Assembly: GCA_965368975.1 (NCBI GenBank)
Contig: CBDUPA010000003.1
Span: forward strand, 320,001 to 384,000
DNA length: 64,000 nt
Reading direction: 5' to 3'
Source of the DNA: an uncultured bacterium
GTDB lineage: Bacteria; Acidobacteriota; Thermoanaerobaculia; Multivoradales; JAHZIX01
Part shown: piece after piece, positions 26,371 through 37,314 of the stretch
How the letters are laid out: the number at the start of each line of letters is the position of its first letter
Position numbering within the stretch: position 1 is the stretch's first letter
Position numbers and translations under genes: made by a program
The notes under the pieces: model-generated
Database searches by the model: none
What the model was told of the DNA's origin: nothing
The model's input: the letters and a program-made list of their open reading frames with translations, nothing else

Positions 26371-27986
26371 GGAACCTCTCCCAGCGAACCGCCCAGCGCC
26401 GGATCCCCCGGCAGGGGTGCTCCCGGCAGGGCTGCTTCCAGGGCAGCGTCTCCCAACACCGCCCGGATGTAGGCGTCCCGGTCGAGGAGTTGCGCGCCGG
26501 CTTCCTGTGACAGTTCGAGCAGTGGGCCAGCGAAGACGGCGATCCCCAGACTGACGGCGGTCAGCAGTAGGACCGGCAGCAGCAGGGCGCCGAGGACCGG
26601 CATTGGTGGTCGGCTGCCCGTGCCGCTGAGTTCCTGTTCGACACGCGTGTCGACGCCCCAGTAGACCTCGCTCCAGATCTTGGTCATTGACAGCAGCGTC
26701 AGCAAGCCGACCCCGAGGGCACACGCGGCAATGACGTACTGCTCGGCCCGCAGGCTGGCCTGGATCAGCACGAGCTTGGCCCAGAAGCCGGAGAAAGGTG
26801 GCAGCCCGGCGAGCGAGAGTGCCGAGATGGCGAACAGCACAGCGACGCCTGGCCGACTGTGGAGCAGGCCACCCAGTTGCGCCAAGCGACCGGTGGTGCG
26901 CAGGCGGTAGATCAGGCCGGCGATCAAGAAGAGGTTCGTCTTCACCACGATGTGGTGGACGATGTAGAAAATCGAGCCGGCGAGCGCCAGCGGTGTCAGC
27001 AGCGCCAGCCCGAGCAACATGTAGCCGATCTGGCTGACAATATGAAACGACAGGATCTGTCGGACCTCATTCTGCGCCACGGCTCCGAGCACGCCGAAGA
27101 CCATGGTCAAACCTGCCAACCAGAGCAGGAGCAAGTGCGTCAGGCCGAGATCTTCGACGAAGAGTGTCGCGAAGATGCGCACGATGGCGTAGACGCCGAC
27201 CTTGGTCAGCAAGCCGGCGAACAACGCTGAGATCACGGGCGGTGGAGTCGGGTAGGAGGCCGGGAGCCAGAAGTAGAGCGGGAAGATCGCCGCCTTGAGC
27301 CCAAAGGCGAGCAGGAAGAGGAGCGCGATCGGTGTTAGTCGCTCGGGTTCGCTCATGCTGCTCAGGCGCAGCGCCAGATCTGCTAGGTTGAGCGTCCCGA
27401 CGCTGCCGTAGAGCAGACCGAGCGCGGCCAGGAAGAAGGTGCTCGAGAGCATGTTGAGCACGAAGTAGCGAATGGCTCCTTCCATCTGTCGCTTCTCGCC
27501 GCCCAGCGCCAGCAGGACGAAGGAACTGAGCAGCAGGACCTCGAACCAGACGTACAGGTTGAACAGGTCACCGGTCAGGAAAGCGCCGGTGACACCGAGC
27601 AGCAAGAACAGGAAGAGAGGATAGAAGCCGAAGCCTTCACGCTTGCGATCCTGGGCCGAGATGTCGAAGGTGGCAAACGCGTAGAGCAGCACAGCCAGCC
27701 CGGCGATCGAGGCCACCACCAGCAGCATGGCGGAGAAGAGATCCGCCGCCAGGGTGATACCGAACGGGGCCGGCCAGCCGCCGGCCTGCGCGCTCAGGAT
27801 GCCGCGCTCCTGCACCGCGCGCAGAAGCACGACGGCACTGCACAGGAGACCTACGGCACCGATCAGGGCCAGTGCCCGCTGGCGTCGAGGGTGACGCCAG
27901 GCGAGCAGTGACAGCGCGGCGGTGGCCAGCGGCCAGAGCAACGGTAAGGCGAGCAGCAAGTCGGCGCGCGCGTGCGGCGAGAACAC
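26367..27986 (-). CDS. mrpD: Na+/H+ antiporter subunit D
   Basis: GGWPAPFGI, GAFLTGDLFNLYVWFEV, KAAIFPLYFWLPASY, LLTKVGVY and LAGLPPFSGFWAK. Confidence 0.95.
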   Translation of the reverse strand: MFSPHARADLLLALPLLWPLATAALSLLAWRHPRRQRALALIGAVGLLCSAVVLLRAVQERGILSAQAGGWPAPFGITLAADLFSAMLLVVASIAGLAVLLYAFATFDISAQDRKREGFGFYPLFLFLLLGVTGAFLTGDLFNLYVWFEVLLLSSFVLLALGGEKRQMEGAIRYFVLNMLSSTFFLAALGLLYGSVGTLNLADLALRLSSMSEPERLTPIALLFLLAFGLKAAIFPLYFWLPASYPTPPPVISALFAGLLTKVGVYAIVRIFATLFVEDLGLTHLLLLWLAGLTMVFGVLGAVAQNEVRQILSFHIVSQIGYMLLGLALLTPLALAGSIFYIVHHIVVKTNLFLIAGLIYRLRTTGRLAQLGGLLHSRPGVAVLFAISALSLAGLPPFSGFWAKLVLIQASLRAEQYVIAACALGVGLLTLLSMTKIWSEVYWGVDTRVEQELSGTGSRPPMPVLGALLLPVLLLTAVSLGIAVFAGPLLELSQEAGAQLLDRDAYIRAVLGDAALEAALPGAPLPGDPALGGSLGEVP

Positions 27987-27989
27987 TGG

Positions 27990-28337
27990 TCAGCCCTCCG
28001 GTGATCCCAGGCGGTCCAGGTCGTCGTGGCCGACGGCGTCGTGCGCTCGGTAGAAGAGCACCACGGCGAAGGCAATGATGGCGAAGCCGATGACCAGTGC
28101 GGTAAGAACGAGCGCCTGGGGTAAGGGATCGGCGTACGGCAGTGTCAACGCCTCGGCGCCTTCGGGTATCAGAGGCGGTCGGCCGCGCGTCAAGCGGGCA
28201 CTGACGAAGAGCAGCAGGTGTGCGGCATGTCCGAGAAAGATCAGTCCCAGGATGACCCTGACCGGTGTGCGCCGCAGGATCAAGTAGAAGCCAGCGGCGT
28301 AGAGAGCGCCGATGACGACGGCGAAGAGAACGTGCAT
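27990..28337 (-). CDS. mrpC: Na+/H+ antiporter subunit C
   Basis: GFYLIL, GHAAHLLL and YADPLPQALVLTALVIGFA. Confidence 0.93.
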   Translation of the reverse strand: MHVLFAVVIGALYAAGFYLILRRTPVRVILGLIFLGHAAHLLLFVSARLTRGRPPLIPEGAEALTLPYADPLPQALVLTALVIGFAIIAFAVVLFYRAHDAVGHDDLDRLGSPEG

Positions 28338-28339
28338 CT

Positions 28340-28765
28340 TCAGTCTTCCTCCGCCAGTGCGAAGACCACCCACAGGGTGACGCCGAGAACGAGCAGGTAG
28401 ACGCCGAGGTCGAAGAGCAGCGGGGTACCCAGCTTCAGCGGCCCGAGAGACGGGAGGGTTACCGTGGTCCAGGCAGGAGCCAGCAGCGGTCGGCCCAGCA
28501 GCAATTGCCAGCTGCCGCTGGCCAACGCAGTGAGTAGACCGATCGCGGACAGGGTTCTCGGCTCGACTCCCAGGCTGGCCCGCGCGCGCAGCGGGCCGTG
28601 CGAGAAGATCAGCAGTGCGAACGCTGCGGCAGCCGTCAGCGCACCGATGAAGCCACCGCCCGGTTGGTTGTGGCCGGTCAGTAACAAGAAGATCGAGAAC
28701 AGCAGCAACAGGGGCTGGAGCAGTCGCGCTGCGGTGCGCAGCACCAGCGAGCCCATGACCTCCAT
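28340..28765 (-). CDS. mrpB: Na+/H+ antiporter subunit B
   Basis: [22 protein letters not shown] and [12 protein letters not shown]. Confidence 0.93.
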   Translation of the reverse strand: MEVMGSLVLRTAARLLQPLLLLFSIFLLLTGHNQPGGGFIGALTAAAAFALLIFSHGPLRARASLGVEPRTLSAIGLLTALASGSWQLLLGRPLLAPAWTTVTLPSLGPLKLGTPLLFDLGVYLLVLGVTLWVVFALAEED

Positions 28766-31290
28766 CAGTGACGTCCTCCGCTCTTGCGCGCGCCCAGCGA
28801 TGAGCCTCCCGGCGGCTTCAGACGCAGCAGGGCATAGACACCCAAGCCCGCCAGCGCGACGACGGTGAGTTCTCCCAGCGTGTCGAGAGCCCGAAAGTCG
28901 ACCAGGATCACATTGACCACATTGCGTCCATGGCCGGCGGGCACGCTCTGCTCGGCGAAGAAGGCGGAGATCGCAGCATCGGTCCCGGCGGCTCCTGGCC
29001 CCGTCACGGCTAGCGAGTGGAGGTCGAGCGCCAGCAGCACCAGGGTAGTCATCAAGACTCCGGCGCCCGAGGCCAGCAGGGCGTCGCGTCGGCGACGCGA
29101 CGGGGAGGAGAAGCGTTCAAAGTGCGGCAAGTGGTAGAAGGCGAGGACCAGGAGCACCACTGTCAAGGTCTCGGTCACCATCAAGGTCATCGCGAGGTCG
29201 GGAGCCCCGAAAAGCAGGAAGAGGGCAGCCACGGCGAAGCCGACGACGCCGAGAGCAGTGACCGCTGCCAGGCGATGTGTCGCTGTCACCGCGACGCCGG
29301 CAGCACCGAGAAGGATTCCTGCCAGCGCGACAGCAGAGAAGAGGAGAGGCGTGTCGGCCAGCTGCTGCAGCCCTGCCGTCGGCGATTCTGGAACTGCACG
29401 CAAGAGCAGACCGGTTCCGAGCAGGACGACGGTACTGGTGATCACCAGGCGCAAGTGCCAGCCAAGCGTTCCGCCTTGTAGCTTGCGGCTCTGCCAGCTC
29501 GCAAAGCGCAGCACACCCGAAACGCCGGCTTGCCAGGTACGCACCGGCAGCTCACCGAGCCCCTGCTGCAGCCAGCCGAGGTGCCCACGGCTGCGCTCAC
29601 GCCAGCGCTGGCCGGCGGTGGAGACGTGGAAGAGATAGAGCAAGACGCCGCTGGCCAGGACCGTCATCTTGAGCACGAAGGCAAGGCTGCCGTAGCCGGC
29701 GGGATCGTCAGCCAGCATCACGGCTCGACCCTGGACGTTCGATGTCGCGGGTTCGACCCACCACTGACCGGGCCAGCTCTTGACCGTGCCGAAGACGAAG
29801 CCGATGACGCCCAGCAGCACCGGTGCCAACCACAGCTCGGTCGGTAGAGGCCTGCGCACCGGCGTCGGCGGTCTGCCGTCGGCGGCCAGGAACGGGCGCA
29901 CCCCGGAGAGGCCGGCGGCGACCACGGTCCACACGCTGACCAGCAAGACCAGGGCGACGATCCAGACTGGACAGCGCGTGCTCTCCAACGTCGCCTGCAG
30001 CAGGGTCTCCTTGCCCAGAAAACCGTAGAAGAGCGGCGCACCTGCCATCGACAGTGCGGCTAGTATCGCGGCGACAGCGAGCCCTGGGAACTGCCGGCCG
30101 GCTTGCGACAGTTCTTCCACGTCGCGGGTGCCAGTGGCGTAGTCGAGCGCACCGGTGGTCAGGAACAGGGTGCTCTTGTACAGTGCGTGAGCCAGGATCA
30201 GCACCACGACTGCCTTTTCCGCGGTGTCGGCGTCGAGAGCGAGCAGGAAGAACAGTGTCCCGAGCACGCTCACCGTGGAGTAGGCCAGCACGCGCTTGAG
30301 ATCGCGATGGCGCAGGGCCAGCCAGGCGCCGACCAGCATCGTCGTGATGCCGAGGCTCGCCAGCAGCGTGAACCATTCGGAGGTACCGCCAAGGACCGGA
30401 TGCAGGCGCGCCAAGAGGTAGACACCTGCTTTCACCATGGTGGAGGAGTGTAGGTAAGCGCTGGCAGGCGCCGGTGCGGACATGGCTCCGGGCAACCAGA
30501 AGTGAAAGGGGAACTGCGCCGACTTGGTGGCCGCACCGAGGACGATCAGCAGGAGCAGTGGCAGGTACAGTGGATGGCTGTGCAACTGCTGCCGCCAGGC
30601 AGGATCGGTGGCTGCCTGCAGCAATTCCGAGATCGAGCCGGTGCCGCTCGCGAGTACCAGCAGGAGCAAGCCAGCGAGCAGACCCAGACCACCGAGCGCG
30701 GTGACCAGCAAGGCCTGGAGGGCAGCCTTGCGCGCTGCCTCGCGACGATGACCGAAGCCGATCAGCAAGTAGGAACTGATGCTGGTCAATTCCCAGAACA
30801 GGAACAGCAGCAGCAGATCGTCGGCCAGCACCAGGCCCAGCATGGACGCCATGAAGGCGAACAGTGGACCGAGGAAGCGTCCACGATCGCGGCTGTTGTC
30901 AAAGTAGGCACCGGCATAGAGCACCACCAAGCCGCCAATAGCGCACACCAGCAGCGCGAAGAGCAGGCTCAGGCCATCGAGCCGGAACGCCAGGTCGATG
31001 CGCGGCAGGCCGAGATTACTGCCCGCGATCCACGGGTGCTGCCAGTGTTCGAAGGCGCCCTCGGTCACACTCGCGGTGCGGCGGGCGAACTCGGCCGCCC
31101 AGGCGAGGGGGACCAAGGCCAGGAGCCTGGGCGCCCAGGTTCCGGCCGTGCCTGGAGTCTTGCCACCGGGCCGCTCGGGGCCGCTGCCCGCATCCCGAGT
31201 GCCGCCGTGTGATTCCAGCGAGGCAGCCCAGCGGCAGAAAGGCGCCGCAAGCAGCGCGAGTAAGAAGAGCGACAGGATAGCGGCGAGCAC
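28765..31290 (-). CDS. mrpA: Na+/H+ antiporter subunit A
   Basis: [64 protein letters not shown] and [20 protein letters not shown]. Confidence 0.95.
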   Translation of the reverse strand: MLAAILSLFLLALLAAPFCRWAASLESHGGTRDAGSGPERPGGKTPGTAGTWAPRLLALVPLAWAAEFARRTASVTEGAFEHWQHPWIAGSNLGLPRIDLAFRLDGLSLLFALLVCAIGGLVVLYAGAYFDNSRDRGRFLGPLFAFMASMLGLVLADDLLLLFLFWELTSISSYLLIGFGHRREAARKAALQALLVTALGGLGLLAGLLLLVLASGTGSISELLQAATDPAWRQQLHSHPLYLPLLLLIVLGAATKSAQFPFHFWLPGAMSAPAPASAYLHSSTMVKAGVYLLARLHPVLGGTSEWFTLLASLGITTMLVGAWLALRHRDLKRVLAYSTVSVLGTLFFLLALDADTAEKAVVVLILAHALYKSTLFLTTGALDYATGTRDVEELSQAGRQFPGLAVAAILAALSMAGAPLFYGFLGKETLLQATLESTRCPVWIVALVLLVSVWTVVAAGLSGVRPFLAADGRPPTPVRRPLPTELWLAPVLLGVIGFVFGTVKSWPGQWWVEPATSNVQGRAVMLADDPAGYGSLAFVLKMTVLASGVLLYLFHVSTAGQRWRERSRGHLGWLQQGLGELPVRTWQAGVSGVLRFASWQSRKLQGGTLGWHLRLVITSTVVLLGTGLLLRAVPESPTAGLQQLADTPLLFSAVALAGILLGAAGVAVTATHRLAAVTALGVVGFAVAALFLLFGAPDLAMTLMVTETLTVVLLVLAFYHLPHFERFSSPSRRRRDALLASGAGVLMTTLVLLALDLHSLAVTGPGAAGTDAAISAFFAEQSVPAGHGRNVVNVILVDFRALDTLGELTVVALAGLGVYALLRLKPPGGSSLGARKSGGRH

Positions 31291-31312
31291 GATGCTGGTC
31301 AGGCCATCTCTG

Positions 31313-32290
31313 TCAGGTCATTTCGACGACGATCTTGCCCAGGGCTCCACCCCCGGCCATCGCCGCGTACGCGTCGGCGATGTCGCTGAAGGGCAGGACG
31401 CGGTCGATCGTCGGTTTCAAACGTCCGTCCGCGAGGCGCGGTAGTCCGAAGTCGCGAAACGAAGCGACCAGCTCACTCTTCTCAGCGCGCGAGCGTCCCC
31501 GCAGTACCGAGCCCACCAGGTGTAGGCGCTTGCGCAGGATCAGGCCGAGGTCGAGCTCCGCCCGTCGACCGGCAAGCAGGCCCAGCAGCACCAGGCGACC
31601 GCGCGGTGCCAGCACCTCCAGCGACCGAGCCAAGTGTTCTCCGCCAACCAGGTCGAGCACCAGTTGGATGCCGGCATCGCCCTCGGCGCCGGTCACCCGG
31701 TGCACTTGCTCGACGAAGTTCTCACCGAGCAGGATCAGCTCGTCCGCCCCCAGAGCCAGCAGCGGCTCCAGTCGGTGGCGGTTGCGGCCGGCCGCCAGGG
31801 TGCGAGCGCCCAGCTCGCGAGCCAGCTGCACCGCGAAGGTCCCCATGCCGGACGAGGCGCCGAGAATGAGCACCGTCTCGCCGCGTTGCAGCTTGCCCTC
31901 GGCGACCAGATTGGTCCAACCGGTCAGCGCCGCTTCCGGCACTGCCGCGGCCTGGGCCCAGGTGAAATTCTCGGGGACTGGTAGCAACTGGCCGGACGGC
32001 ACCGCCGCCAGCTCACCGTGACCACCGCCGGCGAGCAAGGCCATGACGCGGTCCCCGATCTGCCAGTCGTCGATACCGTCGCCCAACTCTTCGATCGTGC
32101 CGGCACACTCGAGACCGGGCACTTTGCTCTCACCGGGCGGCGCCGGGTAGCGCCCCTGCAGTTGCAGTAGGTCGGCGTGATTGATGGCGCTGGCGGCGAT
32201 CCGTACCAGGACGTCTCCGGCCTGGGGCCGGGGATCTGGCAGTTCTCCGAGGCGAGGCTGAAGGTGGCTATCCGGCAGGACCGCGAGCAT
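31313..32290 (-). CDS. NAD(P)H-quinone oxidoreductase, PIG3/zeta-crystallin family
   Basis: INHADLLQLQGRYPAPPG, PGLECAG, GASSGMG and GKIVV; GGAG before ATG 32290. Confidence 0.9.
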   Translation of the reverse strand: MLAVLPDSHLQPRLGELPDPRPQAGDVLVRIAASAINHADLLQLQGRYPAPPGESKVPGLECAGTIEELGDGIDDWQIGDRVMALLAGGGHGELAAVPSGQLLPVPENFTWAQAAAVPEAALTGWTNLVAEGKLQRGETVLILGASSGMGTFAVQLARELGARTLAAGRNRHRLEPLLALGADELILLGENFVEQVHRVTGAEGDAGIQLVLDLVGGEHLARSLEVLAPRGRLVLLGLLAGRRAELDLGLILRKRLHLVGSVLRGRSRAEKSELVASFRDFGLPRLADGRLKPTIDRVLPFSDIADAYAAMAGGGALGKIVVEMT

Positions 32291-32462
32291 GGTCTCTACT
32301 CCCCCGTACAGACTGTGCGAACACATCCGATGGTGATGAATCCGATAGTGATGCAGCCGAAACTCAGACGCGTCGCAACGATGATACACCGAGGGCGGCT
32401 GCCGGAACCCGGGTAGGGAAGTGGAGCCGCCCTCGTTTCTACATTGTGCTGCGAAGCTTCGG

Positions 32463-34370
32463 CTAGAGAGAGGCCGCTACGGGTGCCGCCTGCTTGTCAG
32501 CGACCGCTGCCGCTGCCGCCGGAGGCGTGAAGTACAGCTCGCCGAGGTCGCCTTCGAGCCACTCCTGGTTGCCGTCCAAGACGCCGAGGGCGGTGCGGTA
32601 CTTGAGCATGTCGTCGTTGCTCCACAGGTCGCGGAACATCTGCTTGACCTTGCGCCGGGCATTGCGGCAGAACAAGTCGGCCAGTTTCTGCGCCTGCTTG
32701 GCCTCGGCCGCGCCGGCCTTGCGCATTGCCTGTACACGGCTGACTGAAGCGGCCATGGCGAACAATTCGTCGGCAATGTCGACGATACGGAAGAGGAAAG
32801 CCTGCTTGAACTGCAGCTTGGCCTGGTGAACCATCATGCCGTGGAAGATCTGGCGTGCCAGTTTGCGGCAGCTACGGTCGACGAAGCGCAGGTGCTTGGC
32901 GTTGGGGCCGAACTCAGAAAAGCGCGGCCACAGGCCCCAGCCGATCCAGCGGCTCGGGTACCACCAGGCATAGAAAGCAGCGATGCCTGGCAGTGCCGCC
33001 AGCTTGGTGCCCATCGGCACCTTGGACTCGACCATGGCACCGGCGACCTGCAGGTGCTTGTCGACCGCCTCGCGGGCCATGAACAGACGCATGATTTCGT
33101 CCGAGCCCTCGAAGATCCGGTTGATGCGGAAGTCGCGCATCATGCGTTCGACACCGATCGGCTTGTCCCCGCGCTGCCGCAGCGACGCCTCGGTCTCGTA
33201 GCCGCGGCCGCCACGGATCTGCATCAGATCGTCGACAATGTCCCAGCCGCGCGTGGTGTTCCATAGCTTGCATGCCGCGGCTTCGAGGCGGATGTCGAAG
33301 TCACCGCTGTTGGACATGTGCGTGGTGACGCGGGCGATCGACTCCATGGCGAAGGTGGTCGCAGCCATGTCGGCGATCTTGTGCGACAGCGCCTCGTGCT
33401 TGCCCACGGGCTTGCCCCACTGCACACGCTCGTTGCTCCACTCGCGCGAAATCTTGATCGCCACCTTGGCGGCACCGACGGCGCTGTTGGGGATCGACAG
33501 GCGGCCGTCATTGAGAGTGGTGAGCGCGATTTTGAGGCCGCGGCCTTCCTTGCCGATCAAGTTCTCACGCGGCACGCGCACATTGGTGAACTGCATCTCG
33601 GCGTTGGCCAGAGCCTTCAGGCCCATGAAGTGGCAGCGGTTGAGGATCTCGACGCCTTCCCAGGCGGTCTCGACGACAAAGGCGCTGATCTTCTTGCTGC
33701 CGGGGTGCGTGGCCATGACCACCACCAGGCCGGCGATGGTGCCGTTGCTGCACCACAGCTTCTTGCCGTTGAGGATGTAGGCGTCGCCCTCGGGCGTCAG
33801 CTCGGCGGTCGTTTCCATGCGCGCCGGATCGGAGCCGACACCGTGCTCCGTGAGCGCGAAAGCGGAGATCTCACCCCCGGCACAGCGCGGCAGGTACTTC
33901 TGCTTCAGTTCTTCGGTGCCGAAGTTCTTCAGCGGCTGTGGCACGCCGATCGACTGGTGGGCGGAGAGCAGGGCGGTGAGGTTGCCGTCGTAGGTGCCCA
34001 GGAAGTGCATGACCTCCTGGTACTCGAGCTGGGAGAAGCCGAGGCCGCCGTACTTCTTCGGAATCTTCATGCCGAAGGCGCCGAGCTTGCGCAGGCCGTC
34101 AAGCAAGCCTTCCGGGTATTCGCCGGTGCTGTCAATTTCGGCCGGGTCGTACTCGCGCACGAGTTCGCGCAGGGCGTTGTAGAAGGCGGCGAACTCCGGT
34201 CGCTCGGGTGGCGAGGCAGGGTAGGGGTGCAGCAGGTCGAGTCGGAAGTTGCCCATGAAGAGTTCCTTCATGAAGCTGGGCTGCAGCCATTCCGTTTGGC
34301 GCGAGGCCTCGGCGACCGCCCTGGACTCCTCCTCGCTGACGTGACGCTCAGCCTGAGGTTTGTTGGACAT
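32463..34370 (-). CDS. Acyl-CoA dehydrogenase (long, ACAD9/VLCAD-like)
   Basis: [51 protein letters not shown] and [12 protein letters not shown]; RBS AAGGAG before ATG 34370. Confidence 0.92.
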   Translation of the reverse strand: MSNKPQAERHVSEEESRAVAEASRQTEWLQPSFMKELFMGNFRLDLLHPYPASPPERPEFAAFYNALRELVREYDPAEIDSTGEYPEGLLDGLRKLGAFGMKIPKKYGGLGFSQLEYQEVMHFLGTYDGNLTALLSAHQSIGVPQPLKNFGTEELKQKYLPRCAGGEISAFALTEHGVGSDPARMETTAELTPEGDAYILNGKKLWCSNGTIAGLVVVMATHPGSKKISAFVVETAWEGVEILNRCHFMGLKALANAEMQFTNVRVPRENLIGKEGRGLKIALTTLNDGRLSIPNSAVGAAKVAIKISREWSNERVQWGKPVGKHEALSHKIADMAATTFAMESIARVTTHMSNSGDFDIRLEAAACKLWNTTRGWDIVDDLMQIRGGRGYETEASLRQRGDKPIGVERMMRDFRINRIFEGSDEIMRLFMAREAVDKHLQVAGAMVESKVPMGTKLAALPGIAAFYAWWYPSRWIGWGLWPRFSEFGPNAKHLRFVDRSCRKLARQIFHGMMVHQAKLQFKQAFLFRIVDIADELFAMAASVSRVQAMRKAGAAEAKQAQKLADLFCRNARRKVKQMFRDLWSNDDMLKYRTALGVLDGNQEWLEGDLGELYFTPPAAAAAVADKQAAPVAASL

Positions 34371-34615
34371 GTGCTTCTCCTTGGTGATGCGTGGGACGTG
34401 TCGACGCGGTGTGCGGATCACGCTGTGAAGCCGGTGCCTCGAAATTCGGGCATTGCCGACCTTCCGGAAAGAGGTTCGCCGTGGTCACGGCAGTGGTTTC
34501 CGGTCTCCTACTATTGTAGCAGGCGAGGCCCAGAGTGTCGACGCGCCGCGGTGCGGCAATCTCAGCTGGGTTGACGCAGAGCTGAGTAGCGACGGTACTG
34601 CTTCGGTCTGCCGCG

Positions 34616-34667
34616 GTGCGGCATCCCAGTGCGGTATCCCAGTGCGGCATCCCAGGGCGGCAGCCAA
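34616..34667. repeat. 13-bp intergenic tandem repeat (3 copies plus 1 degenerate)
   Basis: GTGCGGCATCCCA / GTGCGGTATCCCA / GTGCGGCATCCCA / GGGCGGCAGCCAA in the divergent intergenic region. Confidence 0.8.
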
Positions 34668-34724
34668 CTGCCGCACTCTACTGGCACTGGCGTCTGGTCC
34701 AGGCAAAGAGTAAGCTGCGTTGCC

Positions 34725-35894
34725 ATGAAGAGGAGACGCGAATTTCAGTTCAGAGCGCAGGTGGCCGTTTTTCTCCTGGCCTGCCTGGCTGCGACGTCGG
34801 TCTCGGCGCACAATCTCGAGTTCACCGATACCATTGTGCTGCTCAAGAACGACGGTACCTACCAGGTCGATCTCGTCTGTGATCTCGACGCCATGGCCTT
34901 GGGCGTCGACCCTGTACGCGCCGATGATGCTGAGCTCGTTGCGGCGCTGCAGGCCCTGCAGCAGGAGCAGTTGCAGGCTGAGATCGACGGCCTACGGCAG
35001 ACGTTTCTGCGCCGCGTCCGCCTGCGCTTCGATGGCCAGGGACTCGATGGCGAGCCCTACAGCGGTCAGGTCGTGACCCCCGACGTCAGTTTTCCAGACG
35101 CGGGCACCTCCATTGCCAGCGACGCCGAAATTGCGACCTTTCTGGGCCTGACCGCGCGTCTGCGCGGAAGCATCCCCGAGGGTGCTACGAGCTTCACCTT
35201 ACGTGCGTCGAGAGCTTTCCCGCCCGTGCTGATGACCGTTCTCGACCAGCGCTACGGCGAGCGCATTCTGCTCGAACGCGGCGTGCCGAGCGACGCCTAT
35301 TTGCTGGATCGACCAGCGGCGGAGCAAGAGCACGACCGCCTGACCGTCGCCGGCCGCTACCTGGTGCTCGGCTTCTGGCACATTGTGCCCGAAGGCTTGG
35401 ACCATATCCTCTTCGTGCTCGGTCTGTTCCTGCTCAGTGCGCATTGGCGGCCGTTGCTGTGGCAGGTCAGTGCCTTCACCGCCGCTCATACCCTGACGCT
35501 GGCGCTCTCGACCTACGGCGTCGTGCAACTGCCTTCCGGCATCGTCGAGCCGCTGATCGCGCTGTCGATCGCCTACGTGGCGGTGGAGAACCTGTTCACC
35601 AGCGAGCTCAAGCCCTGGCGGCCGGCAGTGGTCTTCGCCTTTGGCCTGTTGCACGGTCTCGGCTTCGCCGGCGTGCTGTCCGAGCTCGGGCTGCCAGATC
35701 GCGACCTGGTGACCGCCTTGCTGACCTTCAACGTCGGCGTCGAACTCGGTCAGCTAGCGGTGATCCTGATCGCCTTTCTGCTCGTGGGGAGTTTCCGCGA
35801 TCGCCCCTGGTACCGTCAGCGAGTGGTGGTGCCAGCATCGGTATTGATCGCGCTCACCGGGCTCTACTGGGCGGTCGAGCGGGCCTTCCTCTGA
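34725..35894 (+). CDS. HupE/UreJ family protein (putative Ni/Co transporter with periplasmic N-domain)
   Basis: Signal peptide ending SA-H; GFWHIVPEGLDHILF, FTAAHTLTL, EPLIALSI, FGLLHGLGFA and FNVGVELGQ. Confidence 0.88.
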   Translation: MKRRREFQFRAQVAVFLLACLAATSVSAHNLEFTDTIVLLKNDGTYQVDLVCDLDAMALGVDPVRADDAELVAALQALQQEQLQAEIDGLRQTFLRRVRLRFDGQGLDGEPYSGQVVTPDVSFPDAGTSIASDAEIATFLGLTARLRGSIPEGATSFTLRASRAFPPVLMTVLDQRYGERILLERGVPSDAYLLDRPAAEQEHDRLTVAGRYLVLGFWHIVPEGLDHILFVLGLFLLSAHWRPLLWQVSAFTAAHTLTLALSTYGVVQLPSGIVEPLIALSIAYVAVENLFTSELKPWRPAVVFAFGLLHGLGFAGVLSELGLPDRDLVTALLTFNVGVELGQLAVILIAFLLVGSFRDRPWYRQRVVVPASVLIALTGLYWAVERAFL

Positions 35895-35907
35895 AAGCCC
35901 GCTCGGT

Positions 35908-37314
35908 TCAAGGCTGCGCAGTCGGCTCGACCGATCGCTGAGGTCGTCCACGATGCCGCTCGTAGAGCAGCTTCTGACGATCCCGGCGTTCGTCGAAGTG
36001 CTCGCCGGCGATCCACGCTTGTTCGATGCGGGTGCGCACCTCCAGCGGATTGCCGTCGGTGACGATGAGGGTCGCCTCCTTGCCGACCTCGAGCGAGCCG
36101 AGCTGGTCCCCGACGCCGAGGATCTTGGCGGCGCTGAGGGTGATCGAGCGCAACGCGGCGTCCGGGTCGAGGCCGTAGGCGACGGCGGTCGCCGCCTGCA
36201 AAGGCAAGTTGCGCGTGTTGGCCGAGCCGAAGCTGATGCCGCGACCACAGATGGCGAACGTGACACCGGCGTCGTGCAGGCGGGCCGCCGCGTCGAAGGC
36301 GTGATCGTAGCCGTCCCAGGTGCGGCTCGGGTTGCGATGCACGCCCGAGAGCAGGACGGGCAGGCCGCGCTCGGCGAACTCATCCGCCAACAGGGCTCCG
36401 TCCGGCCCGACAACCAGGACCACGGGGGCCGCCAAGTCGTCTTGCTCATCCAGCCACTCGAGTGCGCCTTCGACCTGCTGCACCTCGTCGGCGTGGATGT
36501 AGAGTGGCAGGCTGCCTTGACCCGGGGCGCCCTCGAACAGTCGCGTCAGCGCTGCCAGCTTGGGGTCAAAGGCGAAGGGTTCGGCGTTACCGGCGTCCAC
36601 GGCCCGCTGCGCCGCGTGATAAACGCGCGCCTGGTCCATCCAGGTGTTGAGCGTCTTCAGGGCTTCTGTGCGCTGTCGCTCCAGCTGTTCCTCGCTCTGG
36701 GGCGGGCCGAAGGCGGGGGCGGTGAAACGCGGGAAGCGCAGGTGCAAGCCGGCATCGCCGCGGACGGACATGCCCTCCCAGGTCCAGCCTTCGAGCCGCA
36801 TGACCGACGAGATGCCGCTGAACAGGCCGCCGGACGGCACCGTGTGCGCCACCAGGACACCCCCGCTGACGGTCACCGGCAGCAGCTGCGACCCGGGATG
36901 GAAGGCGACCTGCGTACGAACGTGCGGGTTGACCTGGCCGATCTCGGTCGTATCGATAGTGGAGTCGACGGCGCTGATCTCGACCAGGCCGAGAGCGGTC
37001 AGCGCGTCGATCATGCCCGGGTAGATGTGTTTGCCACTGACATCGACGATCTGAGCGTCTGCCGGTAGGTTGACGTCGACACCGATGGCGGTGATGCGGC
37101 CGTCTTCGAACACCAGTGTCGCGCCGACGAGCGGCTCGGAACTGATCGGATGGACGGTGGCGCCGACCAGGGCCACCGACTCGGCACCTGCCGGCGGGCT
37201 GAAGCCCAACAACAGGACACCGAGCAGCACGAAAGCCAGCAGCAAGGTAGCCGGCAGTGCGGACCTCAGCGGGGAAGGTAGAGGGAGGGCAGAGGGGCGG
37301 AGCGAGCGGTTCAT
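35908..37314 (-). CDS. Secreted amidohydrolase-family protein lacking the HxH metal motif
   Basis: Signal peptide; DVSGKHIYPGMIDALTALG where IDxHxH is expected; GSLEVGKEATLIV..GNPL. Confidence 0.85.
   Translation of the reverse strand: MNRSLRPSALPLPSPLRSALPATLLLAFVLLGVLLLGFSPPAGAESVALVGATVHPISSEPLVGATLVFEDGRITAIGVDVNLPADAQIVDVSGKHIYPGMIDALTALGLVEISAVDSTIDTTEIGQVNPHVRTQVAFHPGSQLLPVTVSGGVLVAHTVPSGGLFSGISSVMRLEGWTWEGMSVRGDAGLHLRFPRFTAPAFGPPQSEEQLERQRTEALKTLNTWMDQARVYHAAQRAVDAGNAEPFAFDPKLAALTRLFEGAPGQGSLPLYIHADEVQQVEGALEWLDEQDDLAAPVVLVVGPDGALLADEFAERGLPVLLSGVHRNPSRTWDGYDHAFDAAARLHDAGVTFAICGRGISFGSANTRNLPLQAATAVAYGLDPDAALRSITLSAAKILGVGDQLGSLEVGKEATLIVTDGNPLEVRTRIEQAWIAGEHFDERRDRQKLLYERHRGRPQRSVEPTAQP

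Noticed and set aside
32324-32353. Direct repeat ATCCGAT(G/A)GTGATG upstream of the quinone oxidoreductase
   Set aside because: Only two copies and no second occurrence noticed; cannot be distinguished from a slippage duplication.
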